A DNA stretch of 26,008 bases from the IMG/VR virus record IMGVR_UViG_3300017765_000043, positions 1 through 26,008 of that record. The stretch is one strand, 5' to 3'. Positions 1 through 8,575 of this stretch are shown in pieces; positions within the stretch are counted from its first letter, which is position 1, and each line of letters starts with the position of its first letter. The notes beneath the pieces are model-generated. The model saw only the letters and a list, made by a program, of their open reading frames with translations. It searched no databases and was not told where the DNA came from. The position numbers were made by a program, and so were the translations under genes. The stretch is from a virus (lineage: Duplodnaviria > Caudoviricetes).

Positions 1-71
1 CCTTTAGCATCTTTGTGTGTGGTGCCGTGAAATATAGTACCGTCTTTTTTAAAATGTGGAACACCTTTCAT
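1..71 (-). CDS. Small His/Lys-rich phage protein, partial (runs off window start)
   Basis: Manual translation from ATG at 71-69: MKGVPHFKKDGTIFHGTTHKDAK..., open to the window edge. Starts 4 nt after the stop of the upstream gene. Confidence 0.7.
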   Translation of the reverse strand, partial: MKGVPHFKKDGTIFHGTTHKDAK

Positions 72-75
72 AATA

Positions 76-207
76 TTATTTTTTAGATTTGTTACCCCAA
101 TTTTTAGCACCAACTTTTCTACACTTTGCAATAGCGCCACTAGCATATGCTGACGGGAATACTTTATACCTTGCTTTTACTTTTTTATAACATGCATCTT
201 TTGCCAT
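76..207 (-). CDS. Small basic 43-aa protein with two Cys (not in ORF track)
   Basis: Manual translation MAKDACYKKVKARYKVFPSAYASGAIAKCRKVGAKNWGNKSKK-TAA. ATG lies 2 nt after the stop of the giant gene, matching the tight operon spacing. Confidence 0.8.
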   Translation of the reverse strand: MAKDACYKKVKARYKVFPSAYASGAIAKCRKVGAKNWGNKSKK

Positions 208-209
208 AA

Positions 210-3200
210 TTATTTTATTTTTCTTTTTACTATTGTTCTGCCTTTTCTTCTTTTTACTTGTTTTTCTTTTTTATCTTTTTCATTTTCTATTCCTAATTCC
301 CATGATCCCCATCCCATCAATAATGCCGTGCTTTGCCACCATTCTGCTTCATCACTCATTGCCGCTTCTATATTTTGTGCTTTTCTTAATGCTCTGTCTA
401 ATGGAACATTAGTTGTAGCAGATATTATATTCGCTCCCGCTGATAATGCTGGATTATCTAATTTAGGTTCAAATATGTTTTCAGGTGTTGTATAACCTAA
501 TGAATATCCTGCGCCTCTTAACTTACTTACTTTAGAATATATAGGGGGAGATATTGTTAATGCTTTCCACGCAGCATCTTGAAAATTAGGTCTTGGCCTA
601 TTCATTCTATTTGCAATATCCGTAGCTATATTTTTTACCGCCACAGCTGCATTACCAGTCATACCCATACCCCTTAATAATGAATCAGCCATACCATTAG
701 CTATTTGACTATATTTTTCAATTTCTTTTTCTTCTTCGTCATCTTCTGAAAATGCTAAAGCAAATAAAGCCTTTTGCATTGCATTAAATATTAAGTTTTG
801 TATTGTACTATAATATATTATTTTACTAACTTTTTCCATTCTATTGCCCCTACCAGCAACTAAATCTTGTGCATTCTTTTTAATAATTCTATTATACTGC
901 ATTGGTGTATTAGCAAAAGCTAAAAATAATCTACCAGCATTACTCGCCTGTTGTTCAGATATTCTATCAGGCCTACTTGATTGTTGTGTTTCTTCAGTTA
1001 TAGCTTTAAAATCTACAAATGCTTTTTCTGTAGCTTCAGTTTCAGATAAACCTTGCTTTATGTATGTTTTAATTCTATTTCTGTACATTGAAGCGCCACC
1101 TGATGCAATAGCAAAACTATCAGCTATTTTTGTAAATATAAATCCTTTATTTAATAATAAACTAATTGTTCCTTGTATTCCACCTTTTTCAGCAGCTAAT
1201 GCTAATTCACTTTCATTTACATTAATTTTATTACCACCTCTTCTTTCTTGCAAGTAATCTGAATTAAATATAGTTTTAAAATCAGACCAATATTGTTTTT
1301 GATTTGCAAATGCTTTTGCAGCCTGCAAAGGATTATTATCGCTGAAGTTTAAATAGTTTATGTTAGATATTGTCTGAAGTACAGCAGATCTGGTATTTAA
1401 GAACATGATTGCACCAACAGAACCATTTACCCAATCCAAATAAGATTGTAAAACTTTGTCACCACCCCATTTTCTATTTGAACCAATCTTCATTCTTTCT
1501 AAAGTTTTAGTTAAATTAGTTACCCATTCTTTACCGTAAGCTGCTTCTAGTTTATTTAAATTTTGTTTGTTAAATATTTGATCAACATTGTTTTGCCAAA
1601 CTTCTAAATGTTTACTTCTTTTAGATGAATTCATTAATGTTATTAAATCAGTAGCTATATTTCCAGCCATCCAATTATTTTCTGGTTTTTTATAACCATC
1701 ACCTTTAGTTATGCTTAATAACTCGTCAGCAAACTGCAATAATTCTTTATCGCTTTTAACTTCATTAATTAACTCTCTAGCATCTGTTTTAGATAACCCG
1801 GGAACTTTATTGCCCTGTCTAGCCCATATAAATGCTCTTACAGCCTGATCATTCGTAAAATCACCGCCTTTAGTAAATTGTTTTAATTTTTTAGGTACAT
1901 TGCTTAATTTTTTCTTCAATGCTCTAAAATCCTCAAACATTGCTGCTCTTTCTCGTGTTATGTTTTCATTAGCAACGTTATATGGTGTATATAAGTTATC
2001 TTGATAAAACTTTAATTGTTTTTCACCTTCTTTGCCTTTAGCTAATGTTTTATGCATCAAACCAGCAAAATCTTCAGCACCAGGTGGTACAAAATAATCG
2101 CCAAAACTTTTTCTTACTGTTTTTGCCCTTGCTTCTGCTTTAGCTTCACTAAATACTTTTTGTGCGCCTATACCTGTAGCTTTTTCTAAAAAGTTATTAA
2201 AATCTTTATTTAAATCTTTTGAATTATATTTTTCTTTAATTTTATTTTGTATTGTTTTTTCAACTTTTTCAACATTTTTAACAATATCAATATTACTTAT
2301 ATTTTCTTTGATATTTAAAATATTTTTAAGTCTTTGATTTGATTTTAATATAGGATTTTTAACGTTTTTTTCATATATAGAGTTATCAAAATTAGATTCT
2401 ACTAATAGATATTGTTCTGCTTGTTTTTTATTTTTAAATCTAAAATATTTAGAGGTATTAGTCCTACCTTCTTTATCTATTATATCAAATTGTTTTTTAT
2501 ATCCATAAATACCAGAAAAATCTTCTACAATATTAGAATCAAATTTACTAGAAATAATAGATAGTAAGCTTTCAAAGGACTGTTGGCTGCTGGATTTAAC
2601 ATGTTCTAATTTAATTGTTTTGCCGGCTTTGCCAAAATAAAACCCATTTAATATTACTAAATCTCTTTCTCCTTTAATATTACTAGAGTTAAATCTTTTT
2701 AATTTTATCATATAATCAAGCCTGGACTCAAATTCTTTTTGATTTTTAGAACTATATAGGTAGTCTGTTAAAAAATTATTAAAAGCATTATAAGTATTTT
2801 TAACATTAGTATTTTGTTGTTTTAATGCTTCTAAATTATTTTTAGCTATTTGTATTTTTTGTTCTTTTGTTTTAGCTTTTGAAATTTCTTCCTGTAATTT
2901 TTCAAATTTTGTTGCAGTTATAATTTCTGTTATATTATTAAATAAATTACTAGTTTTTTCAGAAATCCAATTTGCTTTTTTATTTTTTCCAAAATTATCA
3001 TAAAATTTTTGTGTTTTGCCATCCCCGGTTGATCTTCTATGATAACCAAATAATCCTGTAAAAAAAGTTTTATTACCTTTTAATAAATTACTATTCAAAG
3101 GTAATAATTCAGATAATTTTTCACTATGCCCTTTAAACTCATCAGTTATATTTTTATCATTTACATTTAGTCTATTTTTTGATATATTTTTTAAAGTTTC

Positions 3201-3239
3201 TGAATCTTTTAATTTAAAAGATAATTTATTTTTATCTAT
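210..3239 (-). CDS. C-terminal half of giant predicted ejection/internal virion protein (track ORF 210..3098; frame is open up to 3239)
   Basis: 962-aa track ORF with only a TTG start. The 47 codons upstream are stop-free and in frame with 3240..6131. Helical, with a C-terminal hydrophobic segment (IIYYSTIQNLIFNAMQKALFALAF). Last large gene of the tail operon. Confidence 0.7.
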   Translation of the reverse strand: MDKNKLSFKLKDSETLKNISKNRLNVNDKNITDEFKGHSEKLSELLPLNSNLLKGNKTFFTGLFGYHRRSTGDGKTQKFYDNFGKNKKANWISEKTSNLFNNITEIITATKFEKLQEEISKAKTKEQKIQIAKNNLEALKQQNTNVKNTYNAFNNFLTDYLYSSKNQKEFESRLDYMIKLKRFNSSNIKGERDLVILNGFYFGKAGKTIKLEHVKSSSQQSFESLLSIISSKFDSNIVEDFSGIYGYKKQFDIIDKEGRTNTSKYFRFKNKKQAEQYLLVESNFDNSIYEKNVKNPILKSNQRLKNILNIKENISNIDIVKNVEKVEKTIQNKIKEKYNSKDLNKDFNNFLEKATGIGAQKVFSEAKAEARAKTVRKSFGDYFVPPGAEDFAGLMHKTLAKGKEGEKQLKFYQDNLYTPYNVANENITRERAAMFEDFRALKKKLSNVPKKLKQFTKGGDFTNDQAVRAFIWARQGNKVPGLSKTDARELINEVKSDKELLQFADELLSITKGDGYKKPENNWMAGNIATDLITLMNSSKRSKHLEVWQNNVDQIFNKQNLNKLEAAYGKEWVTNLTKTLERMKIGSNRKWGGDKVLQSYLDWVNGSVGAIMFLNTRSAVLQTISNINYLNFSDNNPLQAAKAFANQKQYWSDFKTIFNSDYLQERRGGNKINVNESELALAAEKGGIQGTISLLLNKGFIFTKIADSFAIASGGASMYRNRIKTYIKQGLSETEATEKAFVDFKAITEETQQSSRPDRISEQQASNAGRLFLAFANTPMQYNRIIKKNAQDLVAGRGNRMEKVSKIIYYSTIQNLIFNAMQKALFALAFSEDDEEEKEIEKYSQIANGMADSLLRGMGMTGNAAVAVKNIATDIANRMNRPRPNFQDAAWKALTISPPIYSKVSKLRGAGYSLGYTTPENIFEPKLDNPALSAGANIISATTNVPLDRALRKAQNIEAAMSDEAEWWQSTALLMGWGSWELGIENEKDKKEKQVKRRKGRTIVKRKIK

Positions 3240-6131
3240 TTATTCATATAAATTAACTTTATTTATTTCAGAACTAAATCTACTCCCTTGTTTTCCTAAA
3301 TTAACTTGATTTTCTATTGCGTCTTTTATTGCAGAAGATAATTCATTAACATCTATACCTTCTAAATCATTTTCATTTTCTAAATAAGAATTAATAACAT
3401 CAACCGCAGCTTGTGATTGAGCACTAGTTACTTTGCCTTTTAATGATTTTTTAAAAGCTGTTATAGCTTTACTTATAGCTTCAGCAAAAGTATTACCTGC
3501 TTGAATTGCTGTTTTTAAAGTTTTAAGAGCAATTTTAACACCTTTTGTTATAGGTATTATTCCTGACTGGAGAGTTGTTTTTTCAAAAGTTTCTATTTGT
3601 TCTATTGCTCTATCTATTTTTTCTAATAACTTTGGTATTGCACCCTCAGGTATCTCTTTACCTTGCAGTTCTTGTCTTTCTAAAAATTCTTTTTGAACAT
3701 TAGGATCAGCTAAAACTTCTGCTATTGCATCTTTACCTATTTCTTGTGATAATATACTAGCTAACCTTTTCTTTTTAGCTCTTAAACCATTTAATGCACC
3801 TTCAGTATAAAAATTAATAAATTCTTGTTTAGTAGGTGTTTTATATTCAAATACGCCTTTACCAGCGGCATCACCTTCTTGCATTGTTTCTCTACCAACT
3901 TGCTTAGCCTCAAACAAAGCTAACTTATTTTTCACAGAATTAGGGATAGCTTTAATTATAGCATCGTAGTTAACATCCATAAATGTTGTAAACCTACTGT
4001 TTTGTTCTTGTTTATTATTAAAGTTGCCGCCCATTTCTTCAAGAACAGCATCAGCTATTTTAAAATCAGCAGCTTTATTTATAGCGGTTAGTATTTCATT
4101 TTTATCTCTACCGCTTTTTTCTATTATACCTGGTAATTTACCTTTTAATATTTGTGTAGCATCTTTTTGTACAGATTCTTTTGTAATGCCGGCTATATCT
4201 CTTAGCTGTTCTTTTGCTTTTGGCTCTGTTCTTACAAAATCTAAAACCTCTTGAGTAGTATCGTCTAATTCAATTCTTGATTCTCTTATTTCAGTTACAT
4301 CTTGTGTAAACTGTTCGCCTAACACTCTTTTCGATGCTTCTATAGCTCTAGCTGGTAAAAATTTATTTATATATCCTGCTAATGGTCTTCCGCTGTCTGG
4401 TTTATATTCTCTTATTAAATCTAAAATACCTCTTTCACCTGTTTCAATTTCATCTCTTAAAAGTTGTTCATCATAATTAGGTGCTTCTCTTCTTTTTCTT
4501 ACTAAATTATTGGTAATAGGTTTAAACTTTTCAAGTATTTCAAATGCCCCATCTACGCCTTTTTCGTCATATATTTTTTGTACTTCGTCAGATGCTTTTT
4601 TATTTTTACTTTCTTGTACTTTTTGTTTTACTTCTGTATTAGTAACATTAGGCCCAAAGTTTAACATTAATATAATGGCTTTTTGCTCGTTATATTGTTT
4701 GTCTACTTTTTTTTCTTGTTTGCTAATTATTTTATCAATTTGATCTTTTACTTCAACATCTTTAGCTAAATTTTTTTGTCTTTTTAATTCTGAAATTTTA
4801 AATTTATTTTCAACATATTCAGATAATTCAGTATTATCAAATGACTCAAGAACTTGTTTATTTAATATTTTGTTATTTACAACACTTTTTTGCAGCTCTA
4901 ATATTTCATCTAATATAGCTTCATTAGGAGCCTTAGCGTATAAATTTTCTAATTCTTTAATTTTTTTAGCGGACTCTAAAGTTTGTTTTGTTGCAGCAGT
5001 TGGAGAAAGTTTTTCTAATGTATAAGACTGCATAGGCGGGTTATTATTCATACTAGCCAAAGGTGCACCTATTATAAAACCTGTAATAAAAGTTTCAAAT
5101 CCTCTTTCTACTATATCTCCTACATTATAAGAACCATCTGGATTTCTATACATATCAATATTTCTATTATCCCCCCACTCATAATCTATACGTCTATTTA
5201 CTTCTTGCGCTAAATTTTCAGAAGCCCCTTCTAAAGTACCTCCTGTTATAACTTTTCCAGCTAAAGTTTTAGTAGCATTTTTATATAAATTTTTAGCAGC
5301 ATTAGGTGTTATTTTTGAAAAAACTGTATTACCAAATCCTTTTAAAATACCTCTTGTAACCAACTCGCTAACTAATTCCACCCCACCTTGACCTGTTGAT
5401 ATAGCTAATGTAGATAAATCACCTGCCGCGTTTGGGTCCGCATCTGTTTTTTCTTTATATGCACTTCCTGATGCAGAAGCAAATAATGTTGCCATTCCGG
5501 CAGGCCCCGCGAAAACAGACATCACACTAGGTAAAGCTTCTATAACATTATCTGTAATTTTATCTAAACCGTCTAAAGCATTTCCTTCTTCGCTAAAAAA
5601 TTCATCATATACAGATCTATCAGCTTCTTCATAAACAACATCTTTCATTTTGCTAGAAAGATCTTGAATTTTGCTAGTTCCAGCTCTTAAAGGTTCTAGT
5701 AGTCCTGTGAAATCTTCTTGTATATTATTTAAAAGCAGATTCTGTTGTTCCTGAGTAATTTTGCCTTGTTCAACTAATTGAGTAGATCTGTATTTTGTTG
5801 CTGTTTCAGATACACCTTTTATGTATTCTAAAGCTTTTGTACCAAAATCAGAAAGACTTGCCGCAAATCCAATTTGTTTTCTAAATGGAATAAAACTACC
5901 TGGAAGTCTTGTGCTAGCTAATTCTTTTAGTGAATCCGAAGAACCAGGATCCGAAGTGAAATCCATATCGGGCGCTACAGTTTCCTCCACAACCGCACCC
6001 GGTGTTGTGGGATCTGTCTTTCCCGGATCTCCATTTTTCATAATTTGAGCGCCGGGAGAAATAGAAACAAATTTATCTACTTCATTTTCAGGAACATCGT
6101 ATTCCTTATTATTATATAAAACTTTAATCAT
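3240..6131 (-). CDS. N-terminal half of giant predicted ejection/internal virion protein; contains sigma70 region-2-like segment
   Basis: 963-aa ORF with Gly/Ala-rich hydrophobic segments (ALPSVMSVFAGPAGMATLFASASG; FITGFIIGAPLA), coiled coils and a sigma-like motif at aa ~529-602. Position is equivalent to the largest podovirus ejection protein. Confidence 0.7.
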   Translation of the reverse strand: MIKVLYNNKEYDVPENEVDKFVSISPGAQIMKNGDPGKTDPTTPGAVVEETVAPDMDFTSDPGSSDSLKELASTRLPGSFIPFRKQIGFAASLSDFGTKALEYIKGVSETATKYRSTQLVEQGKITQEQQNLLLNNIQEDFTGLLEPLRAGTSKIQDLSSKMKDVVYEEADRSVYDEFFSEEGNALDGLDKITDNVIEALPSVMSVFAGPAGMATLFASASGSAYKEKTDADPNAAGDLSTLAISTGQGGVELVSELVTRGILKGFGNTVFSKITPNAAKNLYKNATKTLAGKVITGGTLEGASENLAQEVNRRIDYEWGDNRNIDMYRNPDGSYNVGDIVERGFETFITGFIIGAPLASMNNNPPMQSYTLEKLSPTAATKQTLESAKKIKELENLYAKAPNEAILDEILELQKSVVNNKILNKQVLESFDNTELSEYVENKFKISELKRQKNLAKDVEVKDQIDKIISKQEKKVDKQYNEQKAIILMLNFGPNVTNTEVKQKVQESKNKKASDEVQKIYDEKGVDGAFEILEKFKPITNNLVRKRREAPNYDEQLLRDEIETGERGILDLIREYKPDSGRPLAGYINKFLPARAIEASKRVLGEQFTQDVTEIRESRIELDDTTQEVLDFVRTEPKAKEQLRDIAGITKESVQKDATQILKGKLPGIIEKSGRDKNEILTAINKAADFKIADAVLEEMGGNFNNKQEQNSRFTTFMDVNYDAIIKAIPNSVKNKLALFEAKQVGRETMQEGDAAGKGVFEYKTPTKQEFINFYTEGALNGLRAKKKRLASILSQEIGKDAIAEVLADPNVQKEFLERQELQGKEIPEGAIPKLLEKIDRAIEQIETFEKTTLQSGIIPITKGVKIALKTLKTAIQAGNTFAEAISKAITAFKKSLKGKVTSAQSQAAVDVINSYLENENDLEGIDVNELSSAIKDAIENQVNLGKQGSRFSSEINKVNLYE
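5969..6024 (-). promoter_or_regulatory. Predicted programmed -1 ribosomal frameshift signal: slippery G_GGA_AAG plus H-type pseudoknot
   Basis: Minus strand reads GGGAAAG-ACAGATC-CCACAAC-AC-CGGGTGC-G-GTTGTGG-AGGAAACTGTA-GCGCCCG. The heptamer is in X XXY YYZ phase (CCG GGA AAG). Stem 1 is CCACAAC/GTTGTGG; stem 2 is CGGGUGC/GCGCCCG. Confidence 0.75.
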
Positions 6132-6133
6132 AA

Positions 6134-7564
6134 TTAATTTTCTATTAGAAATTGATTTCTATAATTATCTTGAAATTTAGCATATGCTTCATCTATATTT
6201 TTCTTACTTTGCAATTTTGTTTTTTGTGCAGAAGAATATTTTGTAGCATCTATTATTTCAGTAAAAAATTGTCCAAATTTTTCTCTATTGGTTAAATCTA
6301 TTGATTGATCTTTTTCTTCTGGTAATTTAAGAACTATTTTTGATATATCATCTGGCTCTCCGGGTCTTAGCGGTCCAAAAGGAATTGGTCTATCATATCT
6401 AGCTCCAAAACCTTCTTCAGTAACGCTTTTTATTACTATATCACTATACATACCCGCTGGATCCATCAAAAATTCTTCAGTAAATTCATTAATATCTTTT
6501 TCTTCTGTATCTTCTTTACTTTCAGTACTTGATATTTTATCACCAACTCGTGGAACTTTTTCTAATATTTTATCAGTAAAAGCTTCTTTTACTTTATTTG
6601 TTTGTTCAGGCGTACCTTCCCAAGAGCCATAGCCATATCTTTCTCCATTTTCATCAACTAGAATATCTTCATAAATTTGTTTACCTCTTGTATTAATTAT
6701 ATCCGTGCTAAAATCTTTAGTTAATGTTTGTTTCCAAGTGTTAATATTATTATCTGTTAAATATCTATAACCATTTTTTGCACCAGTAGCAAAAGCTTTT
6801 CCATCTTTAGTTAAATTTGCAGCATATTTATCTATTGATCCTTGATCTTGTTCCCAGGAATATTTTGTTTGGGGTCGATATAAATTTTTATCATCAAATA
6901 TATCAGACATTTTCATGCTTACTTTATTCATAGGTATGTCATCAATATTTTTATAAGAACCATCCATGTATTTATCAAAATCAACTTCGTAATATTCTAT
7001 ATATGGCTGTAAATCTTCATCATAAGAAACATTAAAATTACTATTAACTAATGCTTTATCTCTTGACCATAGTTTGAAATCTTTATCGCTTTCTCTAATT
7101 TGTGTTATACTAGGCATTTCACCCTCAGCTTTTTCTTTTACCCAATTAGCAGCGCTTTCTGAAATTAATAAAGCATTGTTTAATTTATTTTTCATCGCAG
7201 AATGACCATCAAAATCCAAAACAGTTCCATCTTTTCTTGGTTTTTGTGTTTTAAAATCTACTTCATTTTGGTACCACATGTTTGCCAATTCATTATATGA
7301 TTGCTGTGTTTGCTCTCCTGGGTTAGGATTGGCTTTATATAAAGAATTTTTATATTTTAATTGGCTGTCTAAAGCATCTGCTTTTATTTTATTTAATTTA
7401 GCAGCATCTTGTTGTTTTTTTAATTTATTAGTTTGTACAACTTTTGCAACAGCTATTGCTCCACCAGCTAACGCTTCTCCAAAACCACCCTTATATCTTA
7501 TAGGTGTAGGATTTGCATATGCTCCGTAGTTATATGATCCGGGTGTTACTCTTGGTAATGCCAT
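6134..7564 (-). CDS. Predicted ejection/internal virion protein (476 aa)
   Basis: N-terminal Gly/Ala hydrophobic stretch (GGFGEALAGGAIAVA) followed by a coiled coil. Lies between the small and giant predicted ejection proteins. Confidence 0.55.
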   Translation of the reverse strand: MALPRVTPGSYNYGAYANPTPIRYKGGFGEALAGGAIAVAKVVQTNKLKKQQDAAKLNKIKADALDSQLKYKNSLYKANPNPGEQTQQSYNELANMWYQNEVDFKTQKPRKDGTVLDFDGHSAMKNKLNNALLISESAANWVKEKAEGEMPSITQIRESDKDFKLWSRDKALVNSNFNVSYDEDLQPYIEYYEVDFDKYMDGSYKNIDDIPMNKVSMKMSDIFDDKNLYRPQTKYSWEQDQGSIDKYAANLTKDGKAFATGAKNGYRYLTDNNINTWKQTLTKDFSTDIINTRGKQIYEDILVDENGERYGYGSWEGTPEQTNKVKEAFTDKILEKVPRVGDKISSTESKEDTEEKDINEFTEEFLMDPAGMYSDIVIKSVTEEGFGARYDRPIPFGPLRPGEPDDISKIVLKLPEEKDQSIDLTNREKFGQFFTEIIDATKYSSAQKTKLQSKKNIDEAYAKFQDNYRNQFLIEN

Positions 7565-7576
7565 AATTATATTTAT

Positions 7577-8173
7577 TTAAGGGTTTTTAAAGAAACTAGC
7601 AGCGGAATCTATTAAACTGGTTGTATTAGTGCCCATTGCGCCTAAAGCATCAGCTCTTTGTTGCCCAAATTGTTGTACTAAACTAGCTTGCCTAGACAAA
7701 TCAGCAACATTTCTTTGTTCTCGAGCTTGAAATTGGAATGTTTTACCTAATATATCAGCTTCTTGTATTCTTTCAGACTGCGCTATTCTTTGCTGTTGAG
7801 CAAACTGTTCCCCTTGTGCTCTTAATCTAGTGTTTTGCGCTTCTTGTTGTTCTATTGTAGAGCTAACACTCATTTTGCTTCTTAATGCCGCCTGTGCTAA
7901 CGCTGTTGCTCCACTAGCCCCAGCACCTGTAGCTCTTAGCGTATCTAATGTGTTTGCTAAAGATATATCAGTTTCTTCAGCTTGCATTTCAGCTGCTTTA
8001 GTTGCAACCTGTAAATTAGCAAATGGATTACTTACCATATTACTTAAATCAGTTACATTTTCATAAGGGTTTATTATAGGCTGCCTATCTTTAACAAGTT
8101 TATTTAATGCATCCTGAGCTTTGCCCTGTTGCTTTCTTGCTTTGCCCGCATTTATTGCACTGAATATTGCCAT
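7577..8173 (-). CDS. Small Ala/Gln-rich predicted ejection (DNA-transfer) protein (198 aa)
   Basis: Helical Ala/Gln-rich sequence with an ATGAGASGATALAQAA glycine-zipper-like motif. Follows the GNAT-like gene, as in podovirus tail operons. Confidence 0.6.
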   Translation of the reverse strand: MAIFSAINAGKARKQQGKAQDALNKLVKDRQPIINPYENVTDLSNMVSNPFANLQVATKAAEMQAEETDISLANTLDTLRATGAGASGATALAQAALRSKMSVSSTIEQQEAQNTRLRAQGEQFAQQQRIAQSERIQEADILGKTFQFQAREQRNVADLSRQASLVQQFGQQRADALGAMGTNTTSLIDSAASFFKNP

Positions 8174-8176
8174 TTG

Positions 8177-8575
8177 TTATAAATTTTTTATTATTTCGTA
8201 CGATGGTTTTTCATCAACTAACCATCCTAATTTTTTATGTAAGTTTATTAAACTTTTGTGTCTGCCAATCGTAAATACATGTTTTATACCTTGATCTTTT
8301 AAAACACGCTCTACAGCTTGAATTAAGAGCGTTATCGCGTCTTTTCTGTCACTTTCTCTATATTCTGGATTAGATATTATCCATTCAAGTAAAGCGGCCT
8401 TAGAATTGGTCATATATACATAACCTGCTACTATACCAACATTATTTTTTTCAACTATAAAACCAGTATCTGGTAAAAAAGTTTTAGGAGGGGCTTGCCA
8501 TTCCGGCCATGCATCCCACCATTTCACTAGTGTACTGTAGTCCTCATCATTGAGTCTACGAATATTTAATTTCAT
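8177..8575 (-). CDS. GNAT-fold (acetyltransferase-like) protein
   Basis: 132 aa with an N-terminal IRRL..EDY..L pattern, ISNPEYR (motif A-like) and LHKKLGW (motif B-like). Confidence 0.7.
   Translation of the reverse strand: MKLNIRRLNDEDYSTLVKWWDAWPEWQAPPKTFLPDTGFIVEKNNVGIVAGYVYMTNSKAALLEWIISNPEYRESDRKDAITLLIQAVERVLKDQGIKHVFTIGRHKSLINLHKKLGWLVDEKPSYEIIKNL

Noticed and set aside
210-6131. Virion RNA polymerase as in crAss-like phages
   Set aside because: No DxDxD-type catalytic motif recognised in either half.
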